A stretch of 64,000 nucleotides of DNA from Gekko japonicus (Eukaryota): the NCBI RefSeq assembly GCF_001447785.1, contig NW_015176014.1, positions 153,633-217,632 of the forward strand. Direction: 5' to 3'. The notes under the pieces were generated by a model. It made no database searches and was not told where the DNA came from. It worked only from the letters and a program-made list of their open reading frames with translations. The translations under genes were made by a program, and so were the position numbers. Positions 12,401-24,909 of this stretch are shown here, piece by piece (positions within the stretch are counted from its first letter, which is position 1; each line of letters begins with the position of its first letter).

Positions 12401-15400
12401 ATCCATCAATTCAGGTCTGGTGGCTCAGTGGAATTGTCTTGCCTAGAGATCTGAAGGCCCGAGGGGGGGACAGAAAAATTGTGGGGAGGGCCTGTTTTTC
12501 CTTCCTGCCCCCCAGACTTTCCCCCATTTTTCCAATGGGAAAAATTAGAAATTTTGAGGGCTGCTAAAAAAACTCTTATGAAATATTTTATCTTTCCAAA
12601 TGAGTGAAATGCTTTTAAAGACAAGGTGAGTATGCTGTGTAGAGATATACAGCTCTTAAATCCAAGGTGCATTTCTGCACCTAGAAGGGTACCTACTCTT
12701 CATGAGGGGAGCATGCAGGGCTTTCATAGCTTCTCAACAGTTGCATGTCTTCTGTTGTCCTGACATGCTTGACCTTGTGGTTGACCTTTTCAACTCGCAA
12801 ATCACTGTGACGCATTTACCTTCTTACTGAGTAAAAAGTAGCTGATTGCCCAATCTTGCTGGATGGACAAAAAAGATCAGAAGGAAGTAGGGCAGAAACT
12901 GCACCAAAGCCTCAAAGAAAACAGAAAGTTTCATGGAGAACTTAGCTCTCTCTGTTAGCAAAAGGTGAAGTCATGTGCTAAGACAGCACAGAGTGCGTCA
13001 GCTTGCAGCTTTCTCTCGTGTATTAGGAATATCTGCAATTTTGCTTATACAAAATGAAGGCATTTTTAACTCTTAAATTACATAAACATGTCAAATATGG
13101 CAATTTTACATGCTAAATAAGTTGTAAATGATGTATTTTGTTAAAGCAGAAAAATTAGTTTATGTTTGATAGAACTGTAAATATTGCATACATTTCATAT
13201 TTCCCCCCCCAAATTTTTTTTTTGGGGAAGGGGGGAAATATTAGCTACGGTGACCCATGCAATGGTCACTTTCAGGCTTGACTACTGCAACTCGTTCTAC
13301 ACAGGCTTACCCCTGAAGCTGATCCGGAAATTAAAGCTGGTGCAAAATGCAGTGACGCGCCTGCTGATGTTAACACCTATGCGGGCTCATGTTTGGCATA
13401 TGCTTTGCCAGCTGCATTGGTTACCAGTTGAGTACCAGATTCACTTGAAGGTGTTGGTAATAATCTTTAAAGCCTTATATGGCCAGCGACCAACATACCT
13501 CAGGGACCTCTTCGTCCCATATATGCCTTGAAGAGCTTTACATTCTAACAAACAACATCTCCTGGTGGTCCCTGGCCCCTACCTGGTGGAACATGCTCCC
13601 CATTGAAATTAGGGCCCTGTGGGATCATCTTCAATTCCGCAGGGCCTGCAAGATATAGCTGTTCCACCAGGACTTTGACTGAGGCAACGGGTGTCGACGC
13701 ATGGCCTCCCCGAGGTTGCTGTCACCCACCCATCGATAACCAGCCATATCCATCTGCATCAACGGCTTGGAATCTCTCAACTGTAAGCTGTAACTACTGA
13801 TTTTAAATGTTTATACTGTTTTTTTTAAATTTTACTGTATTTATTGAAATATGAAGTAACCCACCCTGAGCCTGCTCATGGGATGGGTGGGCTATAAATG
13901 TGATAATAAATAAAATCTCTGGGCACAACCTGGCAATTCTAGCAGTACTATTTTAGAGGGTATTCTCCCCTCACTCTTCCCTGTGGCTTCAAGACTTTTA
14001 TTCTTGTCTGCCCAGCATCAGAAATGTGTATTGCTTGTCTTGCAAACTACTTAAATATTCTGGTAATGAGGGAAGACAGGATGCAAATCAGTTGCTATAC
14101 TGTGACAGTTAATTCTATTTCCCTATTTTTATTTTGTATTCTTGCAGAGTGAAGCTCTAGCACAAAGGAAAAGGTAATCTTCAAATCTTCTCTCCCCCCC
14201 CCCCCCCCCATACACACTGCCCTGGGTCTTCTTTGAGATTTTCCAAATCAAGATTTGGCTCTTCTTTGTTATAGTAGAACAAATGAATGTTCCTGGATAA
14301 AGTAGGTGTTTGACAGGAAGGTTTTCCTCAATTCAGATTATGGCTTGGAGGTTTGGGGAAGGAGGAGCAAGCCAAGTGTCCTAACTGAAGGCTTCATCTA
14401 CCACTCCTTCAGCACTCAACCATCATAATCATGGTGAGGAGAAAAATCTACCAAGCTCACTACCAAGTGACACAGCAAGGTTTTTACGTTTACTGCAGTT
14501 TGTTCTTTAGGCCAATCCAGAACACCAAAGAGAACAACCCCCCAAGTAATCAGAAGGAAAAATGGCAGCTACCCGTGAATGAGGAGTCAAAGGATGACTC
14601 AGTTTCCCCTCCAAAATGCTTTTTCTCTTGTGAGATTCAAAACGTGAATTTACTTTCATTTTGATGAAAGAAGCTGGAGACAGTTTGGAACAAAGAAACT
14701 GCTGGCAGGGAAAGGGTTAATAATTCTCATCTTCCACCTCTCCCATCAGCTTGTTTAAAAAAATGTGTCAGTGCTCCATTACACGCATGTCCATATAACA
14801 TGTACTTAGCTTATGACAAAACAAAAACAAACAAGAGCCTGGAAAATAAAAATTTAGCCAGTCTTTAATGAGAAACTGGCTAATAATGTAAAGTTTTCAA
14901 GAAAGTTTCATGCTGGAGAGTATTTTTAAGAATTAAACATATATATGCACACTCACATTTCTTTTGTCCCATTTTTGGCTAAACAGGTTTTTAGCAGGTC
15001 TTTGAAACAAATAAACCCCTGCCAAACTTGTTTATCAAAGGAATTATTTTGCTCGCCGAAAGGGTGATGTTTGCTTTGCATAACATCTTGCAGGACTGAC
15101 ACTCCACCTGCTGACCAGGATGTACATGGGGGTGGGTGATAAGCCTTGTCCATACATTGCAATGGAAACAATAGCAATAATCCTTTTATTTAACAGAATA
15201 TATAAAGAAAAGAAAAGAAATGACAAGAATAATTTAATTCAAAGTGGGACCAATTTCATTAGAAAATTCAGTAAACTGCTAGAAGAAACCAATGCATCTG
15301 ATGCCATCCAAAGAAAATATATGCCAAAGGTAACTTTCTTATACAAGCCCCAACCTCTGCCCCTCCAACATTTTCTTCTGTCCTTAAACCAGTTACATAT

Positions 15401-18400
15401 GTTCTGTCCTTAGTAGATAAATTATGGATGGAGAAAGAAAACAACATTTAAGAAGCCGCTTCAGTTATTTTATCTCAAACATACCCCACTTTCCCACAAG
15501 GTCTTCAAGGTGGTTTATAGGATTCTTTCTTTATCTCTCTCTCTCGTAAAAAAAGAAGAAAGAAGTAATGCTGGTACTCATGATGTTTGCCGCCTTGGGG
15601 ACCCTATTTGGGTGATAGGTGGCATAGAGATTTTTAAATAATATATATTGAATTAACAGATTAAAACATAGTTTTTTAAATACCATAAACACTTTTGTAT
15701 AAATACTTACAGTACTAGAAATCCACAGAACAAATTAAGAAGTAAAGAGTTCATATTCCATTTTCAATTAGATGAGCAAAAAGTAAACAGATAAGTTTCA
15801 ACAGATACTTGGAGATGTTAAATACTTGAGAGACTTCAGGAAGGAATTCCAGAAGAATATTCAGGAAAAGCTTCTCTGACCCAGCCTAGCCTGGTCAGTG
15901 GGTGGGGAAAAGAGAGGTGATAAAACTCCTGGAAGCAAGGAGAAAAACTCTTTTGGTGCTGAGTCCATTATAGCAGACAGAACTCTTAACTGAGGTCTAG
16001 AGGAGCAGGCATTAACCATCTGGAGGAAGCTTCAAGGTAATAGTTACTCTGTAGAGATCTGTAACTTCCTAAACCAAGGAGCCTGTCCTATATTTTAAAA
16101 TCTGATAGGGCATGTATAGAGAGAGGGACAGACTAATTGCGTTTTACCCATTTCTTTTTAATCCCTTGCTCAATCTGGTGCTGTGCTAAAAGTCTGCTTC
16201 TGAATTTTTTTTAATAAATACTTTATAATTTTTGATGCTGGCAGTGGTTCTCTGTACCACACAGACCTCCACCATCTTGGACATGCTATTTTAAAAGGAG
16301 TGCCAGGGGGAAGGCAGGTAGTTGGCAAGTAGCTATTCCTCCAGGGGTACACAAGGCAGTAAATGGTCCCCGTAGTGACCAGGCACTGGGCAGTGGGAGA
16401 GGCAAGGCCTCAGAACTTGAAAAGGAAGCTCGGAGTCCTGACCACCACCCCCAGCAGGCAATTCCTTACAAAGGTCAGATGGTGGCAGTGGTTACCCGAC
16501 GAAGAAATGCCTCTCCAGGTGCTGGGAAAACCTTGGAGGGCAGGATAGAACAGGGCCTGCAGGGCACAGTGGACCCAATTCACCACATGCTTGTTAACTA
16601 ACAGTTCATATTGCTGTAGAAATGAGGTTCCTAGACATTCATTCATATATATATATGAAAATGTTTACTCACCAAAGCTTAAGAAAATGAAATTATTTTA
16701 ACCTGGCAGTACCTAGAAGATAGGATGGTCTGGTCAGTGTCAAAAAGTGGATCTTGTGCAATCTATCATGGTGCAACCTTAGAATTTTCAAGCCTAATAG
16801 TCATTTGCCTAACTCCTGAAGGGAGGACACACCCAGACCAAGGCCACAATTGATTACCTCCTTCAATGGGCAGGCTCATTTGGGAGAAGGCAGTCCTTCA
16901 GGTATCCTGGGACCAGGCTATTGTATGCATTGCAAAGACAGACAAGAGGCTTTCTACACATGGACATTAACATCAGGTCCATCCAAAAGGTAGGGGAAAT
17001 GGTAGCTCACAATCCAGTTAACAATTCTAATACAAGACTGAAGCCCATGGCAGGCATGAATATTGAAATCCTGACAACAAAAAGCACCAGGGATGTCAAC
17101 ACCAGTTTCAGGATTATTCTTAGGGTAGGCAAAAAACCTATTCTGTTCTGTGTACCTAAAACCAGTTACATATGCTCATAATTAGAGGCTTATCTGATAC
17201 CTGGTGATGTTAATGAAAGCCTGACACCTCATGACTGTTGGCAGAGTAAATAACACAGCAAGGGTGCACAACCTGATTAAAGAGTAGCTAAAGGTTTATT
17301 TAGGAACTAATATACTTGATAGGAAAGAGGAGAGACAGAGAGAGGTTCCTAACTACATCTCTAGCTGAGAGAGAGGGAGTAGATTAAGTGTGGCACTTCC
17401 AAGAAAATTGCCATAAGAGTAGCAATCTGGAGACAGACAAAGAATGACACTTAACAGGAGAGAGAAGGTGCTGTCTTCACTATCCGATCTAATTATCTTC
17501 TTGCTGCCCCTTCAGGGTCTTCTTCTTTGCACACCAGACATTGGCTGGTTCTGCATCTGGCATTAGTTCTACATTTTCTCAACACTGGCTGATTCTGCAT
17601 TGGCTTGTCCCTCCACAGTTTTAGCAAACCCATGTTGGAACAGAAATTCCCCTCTGTATTGCATGCCGTTTTCACTTCCTTTGATCATCAGATTTTATGG
17701 TACCTTGTGCATAGATTTATGGCTGTTTTATGGCTGTTCAGGGGTGACTTTGCAGTCAGTATGGCATTGCCCTGGGATACTTGAATGTGGTTTTGAGCTG
17801 CACTTTTCCCTCCCAGTTGAGAAAACATGAAGCAAATGCTAGATGCAGAATCACCCACTGAGGAAAAGGTACAGCTCAAACCACATTCAAATACCCCAGG
17901 CCAACACCATACTGACTGCAAAGTCACTCCTGAATGGCCATAGATCTATGCAAAAGGTACCATAAAACCCGATGATCAAAGAAATTGAAAGTGGCATGCA
18001 ATGCAGAGGGGAATTTCTGTTTGCTAAAACAATGGAGGGAAAAGCCAATGCTGAATCGGCTACTGTCTTTTCCAACAATTTCATCCCTCTCCACAACTGT
18101 GGGGTCAGATCCTGTGATCCCTCAGCAGAAGGAGCTAAAGGTCACTGGTCTTCCTGGCTCTACCCTCCTTTTTCATACATTTCTAACTCTGGAAGAGTGT
18201 ATTCTTGGGATTGCAGGGCCTGGGTGGAGTAATAGCTATGCGGGTTTGGTAGGCTGCAGCAGGGAGGGGGCAGGGAGCAAAATAACTTCCTTCTGCCTCT
18301 TCTGTCAGCAGAGTGCAGCTCAAGAATAGAAAGGAGAGAGCAATTTATCTCTCTCCTCACTTCAGCCTACCAACCTGCATGACTACTCCATGAGATTCTT

Positions 18401-21400
18401 GTACAGTCCTCACAAGGTCCTTCCACTGCATCCAACCCATCAACTTTACATTGATGCTGCAGCTCCTGCCATTAGTGACCCCTTTAATGTTTTCTTTGGA
18501 TCTTCCACAAATGCGAAATGTTAAGCACGTGTGTGTATGAAGAGAGGGCACTTCTTTTGTTGAAAAGAACTCCAGCTGTGTAGGATGTTTATGTCTCCAA
18601 CAGGTGCTGCATACTATTTTTTTTTTTTGGATGGATACATAAACCTCACGTGAAACCTGAAGAATTTCTTTCTGTGGATCATCAAGATAGCTTTCAAAAA
18701 CGCTTCCCAAAGCCATTTGCTCAATACAAGACTCACCTTCCTACACAGACTCCTTACTCCATTCTTCTGGACTATGTATGTATCTAATATTTCATTATGA
18801 AGCATCTCAACACTGCATGCAGTGATTAAGTTAAAAAGAACAAAGCTTGCGCACGTTTACAATCTTTTTTTTTTTAAAGGCAATTAATGGAGTACATACA
18901 ACAGGAAGGGATGAAGCAGAGATCACAATTGATACTTTGATAGGGTCAAAAAGATGTATTTTGGAGGTGATATTATGGAGTGCATGTCAGTAAGCTGTGG
19001 CTATCAGAGAACAAGAAGTTCCAGATACAAGGAAAAACAAGAAAAAGCATGAAGCAGGAGTAGAAGGCCGGATTCTAGAAAAGAGAAGTGTCTTAACAGA
19101 ACAGGCAGAAAAAGAATGCAGAAAACAGGGCATGGGTGGATAAGGAGGAAGCAAGGAAGAGTTAAAATCAAAGGTAGTTAATATCAAAAAGGATTATACA
19201 GGCAACATGCAGATGGCTGCCAGGTGCCAACACTTTCCATTTCCAGCTTTCAGGTTTCTTACCATTTGGAAAGGGTTTTTTTTTTTGAAAGACAGAAATT
19301 ATTTGAGCCCTTTAACATATCTTCCTGACAGAGTACTGTCCATCTCTGTGGTAAATTATACAATATCAAAAGTTAACAGGGATAAATCTACCCCTTTCAA
19401 ACAACTGTTCACACTTCATAACATTATACTTCTAACTGGAAAAGGATTCTGTGCCTCTATATTAAACCTAGGGCACCTAAAAACAGATTCTAAGAGAGGT
19501 ATAGAACAGGAGAGCTTATTAAGATACTTATCCCACATTCTAGCCACGACCTAGATGGCCCTGTCTAGGCAGAGCAGATCTCACAAAGGAAGCAGGGTTG
19601 GCAGACAAACTCCTGGTAATTGTTGCTGATGCCCACCATTGCTCATCTGGTCAGCAGGCAGGAGCAGGCCATCAAAACATTTGGGGGTGGGACACTTTCC
19701 AGCACTGCACTGATGACAATTTCCAGCACTGCACTGGGGTGATGCAGTAGTACTCACACCCAAACTCCATAGAGTTTTGGGGTGAGTGGTAGTGCATCAC
19801 ACCAGTGCAATGCCACTGTATCAAGGTTGTGCCAGAAGTGACGTCATCATGCAGCAATGAAGATCGCCTCCCCCCCCACACACAGTAAGTACCTCCCCCC
19901 ATCTCTCACCGGTCACCAGGTTAATCCCTTTATTAATTTAAGCTAATTTATGAAGGGCTAGATGCCACAGATAAACTAGTTTGATCATATTCTCTTAAGC
20001 AGTGAGATTTACTGAAAAATTTAAGACAGTTTTCAACCTGATATACAGAACTCAGGTTCAATTACAGATTACAGATCCCTAGTTCATAGCTTTACAAAGC
20101 TGTCTAAATCTAACAAGAGATGATATACCTTAGAAAATATATTTCTTTCTCCAGCTATTGCTAACTTTTCAAAATCTGTCATTTGTTTTATTTCTCCTTT
20201 TCTTAACTGTAATTGTAAAAAACTTTTAACCTGCCAATACTAGAAGAATGGAATCTGTTACTTAGGAATGAAATCTCTTCAAATGTAAAAATCTTTTGAA
20301 CATTAGACATTAGAGATTTATAATCAGAACCCTCCCCCCAGTGTTCCCATACTTTATAATTACCTTCTTTCACTGCTTGCCAATTTTGATCAAACCTTGG
20401 TCCAGGCATTATCTCAACTAAGGCATTAATAACATAGTTATCTTCGGCATAGTGAAAATTTTTATTGCTCTTATTCAGCCAAATGCATGCTTTTAGAGGT
20501 ATTTTCACAAAGGATTGCTGTACTCTTCTTTCATTCATTTAATTAACCATCAAATTCTAGCTAAGTGATAGCACTGTTTGAGGTCAGGAAAACCTAAACC
20601 TCCTCTTGCCATTGTGTCTTCAGCATCCTGCATATTAATTCTAGATTTCTTATAAAGCCATTTGAAATCATAAGATCAGGCCAATGGCCCATCCAGTCCA
20701 ACACTGTGTCACACACTGGCCAAAACCCAAGTACCATGAGGAGGTCCACCAGCAGGGCCAGAACTCCAGAAGCCCTCCCACTGTTGCCTCCCAAGCACCA
20801 AGAATACAGAGCATTCCCATGACCTGGATAGCCCAGGCAAGCCCGATCTCATCACATCTCAGAAGCTAAGCAGAGCCGACCCTGGCAAGTACTTGGAAGG
20901 GAGACCTCCAAGGAATACCACGGCTGGGTTGCAGAGCCAGGCAACAGTAAGCCACCTCTCTGAAATGTCCAAGCCCCACTAGGGGTCACCAGAAGTCAAC
21001 CATGACTTCCAGGCATACACACATACACACAAATTAAAAAAAAATACAGACTATCACTGCCCCAGGCATAGTGTTCCATCTATACCTTGTGGCTAATAGC
21101 CACTGATGGACCTCTGTTCCATATATTTATCCAATTCCCTCTTGAAGCTGTCTATGCTTGTAGCCACCACCACTTCTTGCGGCAGTGAATTCCACATGTT
21201 ACTCTTTGGGTGAATATGTGCTTCAGCTAGTGCAGAATGTGGCGGCCAGGCTGTTGTTGGGTCTCCCTATGTGGGAACACATCCAGCCTGCGCTAAAAGC
21301 ACTGCACTGGCTGCCTATAGCGTACCAAATTCGGTTCAAGGTGCTGGTACTTCCCTTTAAAGCCCTTTATGGCCAGGGACCTACGTACCTAAAGGACTGC

Positions 21401-22695
21401 CTTTCCCCATATGTTCCCCAGCGAGCACTATGATCGGGTACTCAAAATTGTCTGGTCCTCCCAGGCCCTAGAGAAGCCAGGCTTGCAACAACAAGGGCCA
21501 GGGCCTTCTCGGTGGTGGCTCCATATTGGTGGAATGAGCTCCCGGAAGACATCAGGGCCCTGCGGGATCTTTTACAGTTCCGCAGGCCCTGTAAAACCAA
21601 GCTCTTCCACCAGGCATTCAATTAAGGAGCCACCACAACCATCTGAGGCCCTGGCCCCAATACCATCAATATTTAAATAACACCAATAATATCATTAACA
21701 TCACTGAATAGCCTGTGCCTTGCAGATATGATCCAGACCATGCGCTAACACTCAACATGCATTTCAAATTGTTAGGCCAAACAACACAATATGTAGTGTT
21801 GTTACTCAATGTTCTTGTTAAAGACCTCTTTTGAAAGTACATTACATCAATCAGATATTGTTCAACTACAATCCCCTTGGTACCTTAAATAAATTCTTAC
21901 AGGTCAATCTTCATAATCTTTTCCTCAATCCCTTCCCACGGTCCTTCATAAATGACTTGTTATTCTTCATTCACTTTTTCTCTTTAAAGGCAGCCTTCAA
22001 CTATGGAGTCAGGCATGGATATAAATATATTGGTTATTTATAAATAACTGTTACATTTCTAGGTGACAGAAGAAATCGGTGTTGCGGACCCAGTTAAACT
22101 GATGCGTCGCTTGACAACTATTAATGCAGATATGCTCAAACTCTCAGCCGATAACAGTCAGCTCACACCCAGCACTTTTTTCTTTATTGCCACTGTTGTT
22201 GCTCGCAGCTGCTATCGAGGTCCCCAAGACACAGCAAACCATGCTGTCTTCTTTGGAGCATCCCTCTCATGCAAGGGGAAAACAGCAAAATTAATAATGA
22301 TCTATTTGTCCTGTATAAAAACATGGCATGAGGCTGTGGCATCGGCAGTTCTGTCTCCAGAAACAGGCTCTGCCACTGTGTTCTCTGATAAAGTGTCATG
22401 CCAAGCTTACCAGTATAAAGGAAATTACATTCCAAAGCCTCCCTGTGAAAAATGTCATGAAATATTTGAGAATGTGACATTTGACCCTCCATTCAAAGGC
22501 GCTCAAAATGCAGTATGGTATTATGGAAACTGTGCAGAGACCGAAGCCCTCAGCAAACTCCTATGGCACTATCCTGATGCAGCTACAGGACAGCTGACAG
22601 ATGAGAACAGAGTAATGATTGAAAAAAGGCTTATTAGCGAGCTGAGATCAAGCAACTTTTTGGTCAACACATTAGAGTATTTTCAACCTGAGTAA
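9489..22695 (+). CDS. Uncharacterised Zn-deaminase-like protein (~321 aa), 5 coding exons: 9489-9491, 14148-14173, 15197-15329, 18604-18775, 22063-22695; +1 frameshift in T12 tract of exon 4 as assembled
   Basis: Every junction is GT-AG with matching phases: ATG|gtgagt; cttgcag|AGT..AAAAG|gtaatc (phase 2); taacag|A..CCAAAG|gtaact (phase 0); caacag|GTG..GACTAT|gtatgt; ttctag|GTG. Translation with T11: MSEALAQRKRIYKEKKRND...GTNFIRKF...VLHTIFFFGWIHKPHVKPEEF...PYSILLDY-VTEEIG...TVVARS..VFFGASLS...PPCEKC...WYYGNCAETEALSKLL...FQPE*. The first two tiny exons are the least certain. Confidence 0.7.
10016..12211 (-). mobile_element. Non-autonomous Helitron (copy 1)
   Basis: Minus strand 5'-TCTTTCCTTATATATAA ... 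subterminal hairpin (gcccattgt-N10-acaacgagc on +) ... CTAG-3', inserted between A and T with no TSD; termini shared with 54294-55221. Confidence 0.8.
11322..11819. repeat. Perfect 232-bp tandem duplication inside the Helitron
   Basis: tggcaaccctagtcaggactggccccaatgag recurs at 11322, 11554 and 11786. Confidence 0.93.
13240..13913 (+). mobile_element. L2 LINE 3' fragment
   Basis: HAMVTFRLDYCNS..LHWLPVEYQIHLKVL; aataaataaa tail. Confidence 0.88.
17236..18379 (-). mobile_element. Solo-LTR-like element containing a ~480-bp palindromic MITE (17586-18062)
   Basis: TG..CA flanked by 4-bp TSD TGAC (17232-35, 18380-83). Arms 17586-17817 and 17857-18062 are reverse complements. Confidence 0.7.
18862..20668 (-). 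mobile_element. Old L1 ORF2 3' fragment, interrupted by a MITE
   Basis: Minus-strand ENMIKLVYLWHLALHKLA near 19945-19995 resembles ENVFKMFHRWHWSPDKIA of the L1 at 59674; T-run at ~18865. Ends approximate. Confidence 0.55.
20669..21215 (-). mobile_element. CR1 LINE 3' end with a 5S-derived SINE (20818-21030, +) inserted in it
   Basis: Matches the CR1 3'UTR at 33420-33635 in reverse. The insert has a 5S head and a Sauria/BovB-type ggggtcaccagaagtc tail. Confidence 0.82.
21216..21625 (+). mobile_element. L2 LINE 3' fragment
   Basis: LQLVQNVAARLL..LHWLPIAYQIRFKVL. Confidence 0.85.
22063..22695 (+). CDS. Terminal exon (210 codons) of the deaminase-like gene, carrying PCEKC (22441-22455) and GNCAE (CAE at 22531-22539)
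   Basis: Uninterrupted 633-nt ORF, not TE-like. It starts exactly at a polypyrimidine-AG acceptor whose TAG is the in-frame upstream stop. Confidence 0.85.
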   Translation: MTEEIGVADPVKLMRRLTTINADMLKLSADNSQLTPSTFFFIATVVARSCYRGPQDTANHAVFFGASLSCKGKTAKLIMIYLSCIKTWHEAVASAVLSPETGSATVFSDKVSCQAYQYKGNYIPKPPCEKCHEIFENVTFDPPFKGAQNAVWYYGNCAETEALSKLLWHYPDAATGQLTDENRVMIEKRLISELRSSNFLVNTLEYFQPE

Positions 22696-24909
22696 TAATG
22701 ATCGCAGACAAAATGAAAGAGCCAATATCTAATCTAGGTTCTGCCCATAATATCTGGCCTGGCAGTAGATTAACAGAACTCCCTGCCCTCAGTCCCAGCC
22801 AAGACTCCCTAAAACTAGGGTTGCCAGTCATCAACTGCAGCCTAGAGCTCTCCTGGAATTACAACTGATTCCCAGAAAAACAGAGATCAGTTCTCCTGGC
22901 AGAAGTGGCAGCTTTGGAAGGTGGACTCCACGGCATCACATCTGTGCTGAGTTCCATCCCTTCCCCAAATTCCACCATTCCCAGGCAACCACCCCCAAAT
23001 CTCCAGACATTTCCCAGGCCAGAGGTGACAACCCAACACCACGCACTACGCTCTGCTCTGTCTGCACTAAGAAAGGTATTACTGCTGGCTAGCTAAGGCA
23101 ATAGCAACAGAATACAACTGGAATTCTGTGAATCATCATCTAATTGAGAATGTTGGGACAATTTTCTGGGGATAGCCCTATTATGGAAAACCCTCTCAAT
23201 AGAGAACACTCAATATGCAGTTTCCAGCACCAGCTAAAGCTATACTTCTTTACCGAGGCTGCCTGTTTGGGTTTCAAGTGATTATGTTTGGGTTTTATGT
23301 GATTATTTTATGCTGTGTTATTAGATAGTTTACATTGTTTTTCAATTGTCTACAAATTGCTTCAAGTACTTTTAGTGGAATGGGCTAGAAATTCCTTAAA
23401 TAAATAAAATGTTGAACACGAGGCAAAGGCTACCAAAGGTGATGTTGGTAAACTGGAAGAACTACTGTAAGAGGCCAATGTAATTTTTGCAAAGCCATGT
23501 AGCAGCAAAAACTGAAGTGGAGCTGCCAAAGGAAAGAGCCCTGTATGTCAAGTTATGTGCAACTCTAGAACTACATCTGCCCTACTTGCATAAGAGAGAA
23601 GTTCCGACATGGTTTTGCTGATAGTAGCCTTGGGCATGTCACAAACTCTCAGCCCCAAATTTATTTTTCCATGTCTTTTGTATTTTTTAAAAATTTCATT
23701 CATTATGACCCCCATTAATTTTTAACTTTCATTCCATGGGTTTCAATGGAAGAGACATGCCCAGATGTAGTCTTTTTGTTTTCCTTTGTATTGGAATGAA
23801 ATTACCAAGGATTGTATACAAGTCATCTTCCCTGCAAAATTTCACATAGATAGGGGGAAAGATTCCAACTTAGTAGCCAATTAAATATGCTTGCTTGCAG
23901 AGCAGACATGGGAACATGGAACTTAAAGTGAGCTTTTCCTCCTTTCACAGGAGGTAGCATGTATGAGCATTAAAAAAAAAAGATGACGTGCACAAGCAAG
24001 GGAGACTAAACCCTGCCAATCCACCTTGCTGGATCTGATTTCAGCATTTGATTTCCCAGCCTGGCTGACTTCTGGTATCACAATCAGGCTGGGGAAAAGT
24101 GCTTCAAACACCACAGTAAGGCACAGAAGATGGCATGCATTACTTACCTGCTTTCTTTACATGTTGAGGTTGCTCAGGGGCAGACTGGAAGCCAAGATGA
24201 ATGGCCCCCGCGGCAAAGCCAGCACTGCAGGGGCCACTCTGCTCAGACCTGACCAGCACCAATGGTCATTAACTCACCCGCTGCCTCCTCCTGCACCATC
24301 ACCAGCTGGAGGCTTATTACATTCACATGGCCTGAAAACTTTGTTTTATTGTGGGTAACCACAGGCAGGGCTAGAAATAGAAAATCAGGCAAGGACCATC
24401 CCTTGCTCTGCTTATGCTGTGACCTTCCTGGTAAACTGGAGGAGAGAAGATGGATGGGTGGATGGATGAACTCTCCACTTCCCTGTCCTGCCATTCAGCA
24501 CTGGAGCAGATGCTGCTGTAGCAGACAAAGCAAGGGGCACGGTAATGGGTATGGTATACATGATAGTTGTGAAGAGATTGGGGAAAGAGCCCGAGTTCTT
24601 CCCATGCAACTTGATCAGCTCTTAGCTAGTAATAATGAGTCATAACATGACATGTCAGAAGATGAGCTGTTTTAGCCAGCATCTCTCATGGGATATGAAA
24701 TCCAACAGAGATCCCCTGCTATTTATATAACCACATTCCATCGCAACAGATAGCTCAATCATTGAAGGAAGAACCACATATGCCAAGCTGTATCAGATTT
24801 GAATCCTTAAAGGCTGCAGTACACCCAAAGCACTGCCATAATAGAAGACTTTGGGATCCCATGAAACAAATCTCAGCAACTGTGCATTTATTATGCAAGT
24901 AAAGAATTA

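Noticed and set aside
9862-12765. Solo LTR hosting Helitron copy 1
   Set aside because: TG..CA ends and TTTATT are suggestive, but the flanks (acgc/tgct) do not form a clean TSD.
22063-22695. Calling the ORF a SNAD or APOBEC gene, or a single-exon gene starting at GTG
   Set aside because: It has no HxE before PCxxC (WHEAV is not HxE) and no signal peptide. The GTG is simply the first codon after a splice acceptor.
24148-24331. Exon-like segments on the minus strand (acceptor ~24331, donors ~24277 and ~24148)
   Set aside because: The translations resemble nothing I recognise and do not join a gene model; at most non-coding or ARL16 read-through exons.
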